Positions 34,671 through 42,991 of a stretch of DNA of 64,000 bases are shown piece after piece. Location of the stretch: contig JBGPOY010000003.1 in the NCBI GenBank assembly GCA_041488275.1, positions 78,092 through 142,091 of the forward strand, given 5' to 3'. The notes beneath the pieces are model-generated. The model made no database searches. It worked only from the letters and a program-made list of their open reading frames with translations, and was not told the origin of the DNA. The position numbers and the translations under genes are program-made. Each line of letters begins with the position of its first letter. Position 1 is the stretch's first letter. The DNA is from Candidatus Nanoarchaeia archaeon. GTDB lineage: Archaea; Nanobdellota; Nanobdellia; Woesearchaeales; ARS49.

Positions 34671-35618
34671 ATGGGGAAGATTGTCGTTACGGGCGGAGCG
34701 GGCTTTATCGGCAGGCACTTGATTGAACACCTTGCCTTGGCGCACAACGTCATTGTTCTCGATGACGCCAAGAAAGACCGCATGCTTTCGGTGCCCGTCC
34801 GCAGGGAAAATCTGAAGCAGTACAACATTCTTGACACATCAGCGCTGTCCTATCATTTCACGGGCGCAGATACCGTCTATCACCTTGCTGCGTTCACGTC
34901 CGTGCCGCGCTCGGTCGAAGAGCCGCTCGAATGTTACCGCCAAAATCTGGTGGGCACGCACAACGTCTTGGACGCGGCAGTCAAGGCGAGAGTCAAACGC
35001 GTCATTTTCGCGAGCTCGGCGGCAGTCTACGGCGACGCGTCCTCCCCGAACCGCGAAGGACGTGAGGGAAAAATCACGGCGCCGTACGCCATTTCAAAAA
35101 AGGCAGCGGAAGAGTTGATGCGCGGATATTCCTCGCGGCTCGAAACTATCTCGCTGCGGTTCTTCAACGTGTACGGTCCGCGCCAGCGCGAGGACGACGC
35201 GTACGCGGCGGTCATTCCGAAGTTCCGCGCAAAAATCCTTGAGGGAAAACCCGTCACGATTTACGGTGACGGCGAGCAGACGCGCGACTTCATCCACGTT
35301 TCCGATGTCGTGCGCGCATTGACGCTCGCGAACGACACGCTGAACGTCAGCCCCAACCATGATGACCCGCTGAGCGGCAAGGTGTTCAACATCGCGAGCG
35401 GGAAAACAATCACTGTCAACCGGCTCGCCCTGCTCATGCACGAGATTGCGGGCAGGGAACCGAACATCGAGAACAAACCGGAGCGCGCGGGCGACCTTCG
35501 GCACAGTTATGCTGACGTGGAACAGGCGCGCGTAAGGCTGGGATTCAAGGCAGGAATCACGCTGGAGCAAGGGCTGGAAACACTGCTCGGCCCGCCCCGG
35601 CAGCAGCAACTCGCCTAA
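34671..35618 (+). CDS. NAD-dependent sugar-nucleotide epimerase/dehydratase (GalE-like)
   Basis: VVTGGAGFIGRHL and the YAISK catalytic YxxxK. The start was trimmed to MGKIVV. Confidence 0.9.
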   Translation: MGKIVVTGGAGFIGRHLIEHLALAHNVIVLDDAKKDRMLSVPVRRENLKQYNILDTSALSYHFTGADTVYHLAAFTSVPRSVEEPLECYRQNLVGTHNVLDAAVKARVKRVIFASSAAVYGDASSPNREGREGKITAPYAISKKAAEELMRGYSSRLETISLRFFNVYGPRQREDDAYAAVIPKFRAKILEGKPVTIYGDGEQTRDFIHVSDVVRALTLANDTLNVSPNHDDPLSGKVFNIASGKTITVNRLALLMHEIAGREPNIENKPERAGDLRHSYADVEQARVRLGFKAGITLEQGLETLLGPPRQQQLA

Positions 35619-36397
35619 CGCGCGTCGTCGTCGAACGCGTGGTAGACCGCAATCGTGCCCGCCGCGCCGAGAAGTATCCAGAATAGGAATTCTTCAACAG
35701 GAAAACTCACGCCGAGAATGGTGATAAACCCGATGACTTGTCCGAGCGCAGGCCAACGCCAGTGTCCGAGGGTCACTGCCGTCAGTTCGTAGAGCAGCGT
35801 GAACCCGAAGAAGTACACGGTCGCGAGCAGCATCCTGCGCGTCAGGCGCGGCCACTTCACCACGACGAAGGATACAGGAATCACGGAAATGAGCAGGCCT
35901 ATCTTGAGGAAAAAGTAATTGATAAGCAGGATTTTGGGTGCGGTGAAGTACAGCGTGACAAAGAGCGTGAGCGACGCCGCGCCCAGCAGGCACAAATATT
36001 TCAGGTGCGGGTCAACAATCCGCAGGCGTTTGTGCGCGTCAAGGAACGTCTCGTAGAAAATTACGACGAAAAAGAAGTACAGGAACGTCCAAATGATTTG
36101 GTCAATGACGACCACGCCAAACAGCCGGTACGCGCCAAAAATGGAGTTCGGAAACACCCACCCGCCGGTGGATTCCATGACGTAATCAATCACGACCGCG
36201 AATGGCGCGCACGTGACCGCGGCAAACAATGCGGTCTTGGGCACGGCGCGCGGGTTCCGCAGCGCGAGGAATAGCGAAGGAACCGCCAAGAAGAGCAGCA
36301 TTCCGACAAAGAAATTGACGTGGAATGCGAAAGAAACGACGGCTGCCGCAATCGGCCACGCAAACAGGAAAGCAAGGTCACCCTTTTTCGCGAGCAT
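35615..36397 (-). CDS. Lycopene-cyclase-domain-like polytopic membrane protein
   Basis: 260 aa with about 7 TM helices, a SFPVEEFLFW (PxEE-type) motif and an internal duplication. The 589-aa ORF was trimmed. A TATA lies about 25 nt upstream. Confidence 0.65.
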   Translation of the reverse strand: MLAKKGDLAFLFAWPIAAAVVSFAFHVNFFVGMLLFLAVPSLFLALRNPRAVPKTALFAAVTCAPFAVVIDYVMESTGGWVFPNSIFGAYRLFGVVVIDQIIWTFLYFFFVVIFYETFLDAHKRLRIVDPHLKYLCLLGAASLTLFVTLYFTAPKILLINYFFLKIGLLISVIPVSFVVVKWPRLTRRMLLATVYFFGFTLLYELTAVTLGHWRWPALGQVIGFITILGVSFPVEEFLFWILLGAAGTIAVYHAFDDDAR

Positions 36398-36520
36398 GCC
36401 TGAACAGGCCGGCCGTGCTATATAAAGCCTGCGTGCCACCGCAACCTTTATAAACAACCCTGTGGGTTCATAGTTATTCTTCTGCATCTCAAAACACGAG
36501 CACAGAGGGGTTTCAAGACT

Positions 36521-37045
36521 ATGGCTGATGAAAAAGCTGCACCGCCGGGCATTACCACTCACATCTTTGCAGTCCGCACAACCGCGAACCGCGAAGACCA
36601 GGTGATGGACTTCCTCAGCAGCAACATCAAGAAAAAGAAGCTTGGCGTCTTCGCAATCGTCCGCCCGCACGGCATGCGCGGCTACATCTTTATCGAAGCA
36701 GTGGACCACCAAGCAGCCGAACAAGCGATTTTCGGAGTTCCCTACGCTCGCGGCATCCTTCCGAAGGAAGTCGAGTACCGCGAAATCGAGCACATGCTCG
36801 AACAGGTGAAGCACGAAGTCGACATCCGCAAGAACGACATCGTCGAAATCATCGGCGGCGCGTTCAAGCGCGAACAGGCGAAGGTCACCCGCGTCGACAA
36901 GGCGAAGGAGGAAGTCGTCGTCGAACTCCTCGAAGCCGCGGTGCCCATCCCCATCACCCTCAAGATTGACATGGTCAAGGTCATCCGCCGCGAGACTGCC
37001 GGCGAAGACGGCATCGGCCGTTCGGATGACGAGGATTCGGAGTAA
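36521..37045 (+). CDS. spt5: Transcription elongation factor Spt5 (NusG homologue)
   Basis: An NGN domain (IFAVRTTANREDQV...GYIFIEA) plus a KOW domain (DIVEIIGGAFKREQAKVTRVD). Confidence 0.9.
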   Translation: MADEKAAPPGITTHIFAVRTTANREDQVMDFLSSNIKKKKLGVFAIVRPHGMRGYIFIEAVDHQAAEQAIFGVPYARGILPKEVEYREIEHMLEQVKHEVDIRKNDIVEIIGGAFKREQAKVTRVDKAKEEVVVELLEAAVPIPITLKIDMVKVIRRETAGEDGIGRSDDEDSE

Positions 37046-37081
37046 CGTTTTTAAAGGGTTCACGTTCCCGCACAAATACAC

Positions 37082-37864
37082 ATGGCAAAGCAGACAATTG
37101 AAGCGTTGGTGGAAGGCGGCAAGGCGACGGCAGCTCCGCCGCTCGGTCCGGCTCTCGGTCCTGCCGGTGTCAACATCGGGATGGTCATTGCGGAAATCAA
37201 CAAGAAGACCGCCGACTTCAAAGGAATGCAAGTTCCCATCAAAATCAACGTCGCCGACGACAAGAGCTTCACGGTCACCGTCGGCACGCCTCCTGTTTCT
37301 GCGCTCGTCAAGAAGGAAGCCGGCATCGAGAAGGGCTCCGGCAACCCCTTGATGGACAAGGTCGCCGACATCAAGATTGAGCAAATCATCAAAATCGCGA
37401 AGATGAAGTCCGACAGCCTCTTGGGCAAGGACATGTTCAAGCGCGTCAAGGAAGTCATCGGTTCCTGCAACTCTATGGGCGTCATGGTCGAGGGCAAGCC
37501 CGCCAAGGACGTCATCAAGGACATCGACGCCGGCGCGTTCGCCGCGGAAATCAAGGCCGAGAAGACCGAGCTGTCCGCAGAGGAGCTCAAGCAGCTCGAC
37601 GAGGAGCGCAAGCGCCTCCAGGCAGAGATCGAGAAGCGCCGCACCGAATTCACGACGCTCGCGAAGAGCATCATCGAATCGATGGCAGGCAAAGCTCGAG
37701 GTCTCATCAAGGCAAAGCTCGTCGAAGCCAAGATCCCCGCCCTCATTATCGAGGAATTGCTGCCGGTCGAAGGCGCAGCGGGCGGAGCAGCAGGCGAGAA
37801 GGGCGCCGCGCCGGGCGCAGCCCCTGCCGCAGGCGCTGCTCCCAAGGCAGAAGCGAAGAAGTAA
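37082..37864 (+). CDS. rpl11: Ribosomal protein uL11 with a roughly 100-aa C-terminal extension
   Basis: GGKATAAPPLGPALGPAGVNI and TPPVSALVKKEAGIEKGSG motifs, then a coiled-coil segment and an Ala/Gly/Pro-rich tail ending KAEAKK. Confidence 0.9.
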   Translation: MAKQTIEALVEGGKATAAPPLGPALGPAGVNIGMVIAEINKKTADFKGMQVPIKINVADDKSFTVTVGTPPVSALVKKEAGIEKGSGNPLMDKVADIKIEQIIKIAKMKSDSLLGKDMFKRVKEVIGSCNSMGVMVEGKPAKDVIKDIDAGAFAAEIKAEKTELSAEELKQLDEERKRLQAEIEKRRTEFTTLAKSIIESMAGKARGLIKAKLVEAKIPALIIEELLPVEGAAGGAAGEKGAAPGAAPAAGAAPKAEAKK

Positions 37865-37870
37865 TTTTTT
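37865..37870 (+). terminator. Oligo-T tract directly after the uL11 stop codon
   Basis: TAATTTTTTG. Archaeal terminators are typically oligo-T. Confidence 0.4.
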
Positions 37871-37957
37871 GTTGCAACTTTATTCTCAGATTTTACGCAC
37901 GCCAACGACTGCTTGAGTTCAGTTTCGTAACCATGAGGCACCGGCCGTTGGGAAGTT

Positions 37958-38003
37958 GGTTGTGCAATTCAGAAATGACTACCTACGACAATACTGCCTG
38001 GGC
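37958..38003 (+). repeat. Copy B of the conserved roughly 46-nt intergenic element
   Basis: GGTTGTGCAATTCAGAAATGACTACCTACGACAATACTGCCTGGGC, located 94 nt 3' of rpl11 in sense orientation. Confidence 0.8.
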
Positions 38004-38071
38004 GCGGCGAGCCTAACTGCTGGGAAAGAAGTGTGGAGAGCCTGTTACTCACTAGGAGAACTGCTTACGAA

Positions 38072-38533
38072 CTAACTGTCGGGCTCAATCTTCGTGATGA
38101 GTTCGCCGCTGCGGATGCGCGGAACGTTCTCTTCATCGGTGTACGAAACTTGAATCGTGCCCTTGAATTTCTTCCCGACCGTGCCGGTGCTGCAGGACGT
38201 GAGCGTGAAAGTGTTCTTGTCGCCGTTGATGAGCTCGCCGGCGCCGCCGCTGTAGTCCGCGGAGCAAATGGATGAACCGCTGGGCGTGAGCAGGTCAATC
38301 TTGGTAACGGAGATGTCCTGCCCGAGGTTGTTCTGGATGACAAACACCGCGGACGTCGCGGTGGCCTTGCTGCTCAGGCACGAAAGTCCGGTCGGCAGCG
38401 CGCACCGGTCCGGGAGGAACCGGTCTGCGTTGAGGATGCCGAAATAGACGAGCGCGGAGATGGCGACGAGAATGATGAGCAAAGCCCATCCGTAGGTCAT
38501 CAGGAATTCGAGCGCGGCTTGTCCTTTCTTCAT
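38072..38533 (-). CDS. Archaeal type IV pilin-like protein (class III signal peptide)
   Basis: MKKGQAALEFLMTYGWALLIILVAISALV (a KG|Q cleavage-type motif plus a hydrophobic helix). Confidence 0.8.
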   Translation of the reverse strand: MKKGQAALEFLMTYGWALLIILVAISALVYFGILNADRFLPDRCALPTGLSCLSSKATATSAVFVIQNNLGQDISVTKIDLLTPSGSSICSADYSGGAGELINGDKNTFTLTSCSTGTVGKKFKGTIQVSYTDEENVPRIRSGELITKIEPDS

Positions 38534-38579
38534 AGCTCCTCTTTGTACGTCTCCGTTGCGGTTGCTTCCTATTTAAATC

Positions 38580-38978
38580 TTACCCTGCGAGTTCGACGAC
38601 GCCCGAGTCAAGCGCGGTTGCCTTAATGCGGTACGTTCCGCGCGAGGACTGCAGGCTGCCGGTCAGGTTCGCGAGCGAACGTCCGGGAAAATCCGTGACC
38701 TTGCCGTTCAGGTGCAGGCGCAGGTTGACGGAGCGCCCCTGAACCGTGAGCGTTGGAGACCCGCCCGGAATCGTGACGGTGGCGTACTGCACCGAGCCCG
38801 GCCCGAGAGTGTACGCGGCGTCCGCCGCCGCGACAATCCCCCGCACGGCGTCGTCCGCCTGATGGTACGCGATGTCCTGCGAGGACACGTGCGAGGCGTA
38901 CACGAGCACCACGCCGAGCGCGAGCAGGAACAATCCAGAGAACACCAGCACTTCTAACGCGACTTGACCTCGTTTCAT
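38580..38978 (-). CDS. Archaeal type IV pilin-like protein (class III signal peptide)
   Basis: MKRGQVALEVLVFSGLFLLALGVVLV. The start was trimmed to Met6. Confidence 0.75.
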   Translation of the reverse strand: MKRGQVALEVLVFSGLFLLALGVVLVYASHVSSQDIAYHQADDAVRGIVAAADAAYTLGPGSVQYATVTIPGGSPTLTVQGRSVNLRLHLNGKVTDFPGRSLANLTGSLQSSRGTYRIKATALDSGVVELAG

Positions 38979-38997
38979 GAGACAAAGATGCAATCAG

Positions 38998-39711
38998 CTA
39001 AAACTTCGTGGGCTTGAGAACTTCCATGCCCTTATCGGTCACTTTGAGCGGCACCGGTCCTTTCTCGTGCTTGGTGCGGCGCATCTTGAGCACGCGGATC
39101 GCGCGATCGCTTTCGCCGCCGATGCCGGCGTTGTGCATCGTGATGACGCTGTCGGCGATGAATTCGACGATGCCGTCCCGTGAAAGCTTGCCGCCGCCGG
39201 AGATGTCGAGCGGCGCCTCGCCCTCGATTTCCGCCGTGAACAGCGTGGTGACGCCGAGTTTCTTGAGCGTGTCGGCGAGAATGTACAATTCCTTGCGCAT
39301 CTTGAAGTAGTTGTACTCGTACATCATCGCAAGTACTGAGATAGAGTCGACGACGAGCACGTCAATCTGTTTTTCCTGAATGAGGTGGACGAACTCCGCC
39401 TGCAAGCCGGGTCCGGTGATGGGTTGGAACGTGATGAACCAGCACTTGCCGTCCTTCTGAAGCTTGCCGAAGTCCCAGCCGAATTCCATGGCGTCGCCGA
39501 CAAGCGCGTCGAGGTTTTCCTCGAATGAGACATAGAGCCCTTTTTTGCCGCGCGCGATGGCGCTGTGCATGAACTGCAGGCAATAAATCGTCTTTCCCGT
39601 TCCGGTGCCTCCCGTGACGAGGTTGACGCTGCCTTCGACAAACCCGCCGTTGCACAGGGCGTCAAAGCCGGGAATGCCGGTCGGGAACCTGTCGTGCTTC
39701 GGTTTGGGCAT
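38998..39711 (-). CDS. Single-domain KaiC-like (RecA-superfamily) ATPase, intact Walker A
   Basis: FPTGIPGFDALCNGGFVEGSVNLVTGGTGTGKT and LVVDSIS (Walker B-like). The start was trimmed to MPKPKHD. Confidence 0.85.
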   Translation of the reverse strand: MPKPKHDRFPTGIPGFDALCNGGFVEGSVNLVTGGTGTGKTIYCLQFMHSAIARGKKGLYVSFEENLDALVGDAMEFGWDFGKLQKDGKCWFITFQPITGPGLQAEFVHLIQEKQIDVLVVDSISVLAMMYEYNYFKMRKELYILADTLKKLGVTTLFTAEIEGEAPLDISGGGKLSRDGIVEFIADSVITMHNAGIGGESDRAIRVLKMRRTKHEKGPVPLKVTDKGMEVLKPTKF

Positions 39712-39773
39712 ACCTCGCTCTCGTTTTGTTTCGTATTTAAGTATGCGTAACTCCTCAATCGTGGAGAACACGT

Positions 39774-39911
39774 GAGCGAAGGTCACCGCTCGCTCGGCCC
39801 GTCGCCCAGAAACGCAAGCTGCCCAAGCCGTTTGGTTCGTCGCAGCGACGGAGAAGCGCCGAGTTCTTGGCCGTCACTGCTGCCTCGCTCGCAGATTGGT
39901 GACCTTCGCTC
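39774..39911. repeat. Perfect 14-nt inverted repeat (GAGCGAAGGTCACC ... GGTGACCTTCGCTC) enclosing 110 nt
   Basis: Arms at 39774-39787 and 39898-39911, in the 268-nt divergent intergenic region. Confidence 0.7.
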
Positions 39912-39931
39912 TCTTGGCTTTGTTCGCAACA

Positions 39932-39940
39932 TTTATATAA
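39932..39940 (+). promoter_or_regulatory. TATA box (TTTATATAA) for the V4R-FIST-KaiC operon
   Basis: It lies about 40-48 nt upstream of the ATG at 39980. Confidence 0.5.
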
Positions 39941-39979
39941 GTCGCAAACGAAAACCTGCCTTGTGCAAAAAGAGGTTGT

Positions 39980-40465
39980 ATGCTCTCGGCGTTCCTGAAG
40001 AAACTCTTGTTCGCGCGCCAATTGTTCATGACGGACGGCACCATCGAGATTCTGGGAAAAAAGCAGATTATGCTTCCTTCTGACATCATCGTCGCGCTCC
40101 AGAGCCTTGACGAGAAACGCTACTACACGCTCATCAAAGAAGGTGTGAAGACCAGTCTCGGCGATTACGCCCACAAAATCGGCTCCACGAATGAGGGCAT
40201 GATGCGCATCACCGAAGACATTTTCGAGACGTTCGGGATGGGCAAGCCCGAAATCGCGGTGCTCGACCAAAAAAAGCGTTCGGCCGTTGTCCGGTTCCAT
40301 AACCCTCCGGTCGCCGAAGCGTGCGCGGACAACAAGTTCAAGGACTGCGTCCTGCTTCCCGCCGCGCTCGCGGGCATGTTTTCATTCCTGTTTGCAAAAG
40401 ACGTGAACTGCGACCTGACTCAGTGCAACATCAAAGGCGCGGTTTGCGAGTACGTGGTGAAATGA
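39980..40465 (+). CDS. V4R-domain (4-vinyl reductase-type) small-ligand-binding protein
   Basis: LFARQLFMTDGTIEILGKKQIMLPSDIIVAL, with the C-terminal Cys pattern C...CNIKGAVCEYVV typical of V4R. Confidence 0.75.
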   Translation: MLSAFLKKLLFARQLFMTDGTIEILGKKQIMLPSDIIVALQSLDEKRYYTLIKEGVKTSLGDYAHKIGSTNEGMMRITEDIFETFGMGKPEIAVLDQKKRSAVVRFHNPPVAEACADNKFKDCVLLPAALAGMFSFLFAKDVNCDLTQCNIKGAVCEYVVK

Positions 40466-41764
40466 ATGGCAAAAAACATCAATGTGAGCGTCGGCGTGAG
40501 CACCAAAACGGATCCGTACGCCGCGGGCGTCGAAGCCGCGACAGCGTCCTTGAAAGGGCTGCCGAAAACGCCCACGATTTCATACGTCTTTTACGCGGGC
40601 GAGTATGACCCGTATCAATTGAGCAAAGGGCTCTCCGCGGTCCTGCCGAAATCGGAATACGTCGGCGGCAGCGCGGACAGCGTGTTCTTCAACGACCAAA
40701 TCTACAGCACCGGCGTCGTCGTTGTCAGCGTGCAGTCGGATTACCTGCACGTCGGCGTCGCGTCGGCGGACAACGTCAGCAAAGCGCCTCGCAAGCTCGC
40801 GAAGGAAGTCATCAAGCAGGCGCTCCAGAAAGTTCCCATCGACAAATACGTCGACCCGTACCTGATGTTCACGCGCATGAAGGAATCGCCCGTGCACTGG
40901 ATGGTCAAGCTGCCGAGTTTCTTCATCGTCCTGTTCACGCGCGGCATCAAGCTGCCCGTGATGGGCGACGAAAAAGAAATCATCAAGGGCATCAGCGACG
41001 TCACCGGACTGCAAGTTCCGATTTGGGGCGGCAGTTTCGGCACCGACGGCATGAAAGTGCTCCGCGGCGAGAAGTACAACATCACGATGCTGCACTCCGG
41101 CAAGGTCATGCAGGACGGGCTCATCACGCTGTTCAACTCGAGCGCGCTGCTGTACAGCCAAAGCATGGAGAACGGCTGCGTTCCCACCGCGAAAACGGGC
41201 TTCGTCAGCAAAGTCTCCAGCGGCGGTTTTGTCGTCGAGGAAATCTCGAACCAGAACGTCATCGACTGGTACGCGCAGCAGCTGAACCTGCCGCGCGACA
41301 AGTTCCTCAAGGACGTTCGTTTTCTTTCGCAGCTGAACCCGCTCGGAGTTCCCGACCTGTTCGGCGGATTCATCATCCGCGGCGGCGGCATTCCCGCGGG
41401 CAACGGGCTCGCGTACGTCGCTCCTCTGACCGAAGGCTGGCCCGTGTACGTGATGCAGGGCGACGCGAAACACCTGATGAACGCGTCCGACCAAATCAAG
41501 GACGACATCCAGAACTACGTGCAGACCAAGGAAGGGCCGGAGCTCGCGCTCACCACGCTGTGCGTCACGCGCAAGCTCGTCTACCAAAAGGACACCATCA
41601 AGGAAATCAAGAAGCTGCGCAAGAATCTGGGCGCGAAAAACGTGGCGGGATTTGTCTGCTTCGGGGAAACCGGCTCGCGTCCGGGACAGCAGGCGATGTT
41701 CGAGCACGTCACCCTGAACGTGCTGACGCTGTATGACAAACTGATGACCAAGATGAACCAATGA
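40466..41764 (+). CDS. FIST-domain sensor protein (FIST_N + FIST_C)
   Basis: SVGVSTKTDPYAAGVEAA...ISYVFYAGEYDPYQLSKGLSAVLPKSEYVGGSA matches the FIST N-domain pattern. 432 aa. Confidence 0.8.
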   Translation: MAKNINVSVGVSTKTDPYAAGVEAATASLKGLPKTPTISYVFYAGEYDPYQLSKGLSAVLPKSEYVGGSADSVFFNDQIYSTGVVVVSVQSDYLHVGVASADNVSKAPRKLAKEVIKQALQKVPIDKYVDPYLMFTRMKESPVHWMVKLPSFFIVLFTRGIKLPVMGDEKEIIKGISDVTGLQVPIWGGSFGTDGMKVLRGEKYNITMLHSGKVMQDGLITLFNSSALLYSQSMENGCVPTAKTGFVSKVSSGGFVVEEISNQNVIDWYAQQLNLPRDKFLKDVRFLSQLNPLGVPDLFGGFIIRGGGIPAGNGLAYVAPLTEGWPVYVMQGDAKHLMNASDQIKDDIQNYVQTKEGPELALTTLCVTRKLVYQKDTIKEIKKLRKNLGAKNVAGFVCFGETGSRPGQQAMFEHVTLNVLTLYDKLMTKMNQ

Positions 41765-42990
41765 GCACCCTCATCGAGAAAAGGCGCTTTGCGTCGGACT
41801 TCGAGAAGTTCGTGTACGATTGCGAGAGCAAATTCTACCTCAAAGCGGTTGACGTGCCATCGGCGGTTTTCAGTCTTCCCGACTGGAACAACCTGACGCG
41901 CGCCGAAGGCGAACAGTTGATGCTGCCGTACATCCGCAAGAATATCGACCGCGCGATGCGCACGATGCCGGACGTCTACGCCTCGTACGCCCGTCTGGGC
42001 ATCACCGGCGACTCCATCAAAACAATCGAAGATTTTTGGAACCTTCCCGTACTTCCGAAGGACCCGAGCTCCGGCACCAACCTCTCCTTGCGCAACAAGT
42101 TTGAAAAAAACCCGCGCGTCCTGCTGCCGTCCGACCTTTCCGGAGCCGTGGACGCGTATTTTTCCGGCGGCACCAAGGGCAAGCCCGCGCCGACGTGGGT
42201 GACTGAGCACGACCTCGACGTGGAAAGCACGGCGTTCTCGCGCGCGATGGTGACCGGCGGCATCAAACCCTCCAGCACCATCATCAATTGCTACAACCCG
42301 TCGCACAAAGGCGGCGAAGAAGTCCACCGCGCGCTCAAGAGACTGGGCTGCACGTACATCAATGTCAAAACGACCGACAAAGCGCCGGAAATTTTGGGCT
42401 ACATTCAGGATTACAAGGACAAAAACCCGGAACGCGAACTCGTCTTCATCGGCGCGCAGCCGCCCATCAACGACGGCGACAAGCTCCACAAAGGCGGCGG
42501 CCGCACGCTGCTGGACATCGTCAACACCGACGCGGCGACGTTCGAAGACAACGTCGATGTCGTCCTGCTGGGAGGATTCCGCATCATTCCCGAAGTCGAG
42601 CGCTGGGCGCAGGCGTCCGGCAAGCCCGTGTTCACGATTTACGGCGCGACCGAAATCCTGCCCGCGTTTCTCGGCACGGCGCGCGGTCCCGAGAATCGGC
42701 TGTGCACGTACAACAACCTGCACGTGATGCACGGTCCCCACTACGCCGAACTCCTCAAGAACAATGGCGGGCGCTGGATTCCCGCAGAACCCGGCGAGCA
42801 GGGTATTGTCGCGTTCACGAGCGTCTTCCGAGAGGGAACGCTCTACCACCGGTATATCATCGGCGACCAAGCCGTGCTCAAGCACCCTGAAGGCGCGTGC
42901 CCGTGCGGTGTGAAGAGCGAAATTTGGAGCGACATCAAACGCATCGACAACCTCGCAGACCTCATCAAGAGCGGCTGCTGCGCAGACTGA
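41761..42990 (+). CDS. Adenylate-forming enzyme (PaaK / F390-synthetase / LuxE-like)
   Basis: P-loop-like FSGGTKGKP (compare SSGTTGKP). Size and layout are as in PaaK-like ligases. ATGA overlap with the FIST gene. Confidence 0.8.
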   Translation: MSTLIEKRRFASDFEKFVYDCESKFYLKAVDVPSAVFSLPDWNNLTRAEGEQLMLPYIRKNIDRAMRTMPDVYASYARLGITGDSIKTIEDFWNLPVLPKDPSSGTNLSLRNKFEKNPRVLLPSDLSGAVDAYFSGGTKGKPAPTWVTEHDLDVESTAFSRAMVTGGIKPSSTIINCYNPSHKGGEEVHRALKRLGCTYINVKTTDKAPEILGYIQDYKDKNPERELVFIGAQPPINDGDKLHKGGGRTLLDIVNTDAATFEDNVDVVLLGGFRIIPEVERWAQASGKPVFTIYGATEILPAFLGTARGPENRLCTYNNLHVMHGPHYAELLKNNGGRWIPAEPGEQGIVAFTSVFREGTLYHRYIIGDQAVLKHPEGACPCGVKSEIWSDIKRIDNLADLIKSGCCAD

Positions 42991-42991
42991 C

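Noticed and set aside
39772-40083. 103-aa plus-strand ORF in the KaiC / V4R intergenic region
   Set aside because: It runs through the inverted repeat and the operon TATA box into the V4R gene in another frame. The translation is Ser/Arg/Pro-rich, with no support.
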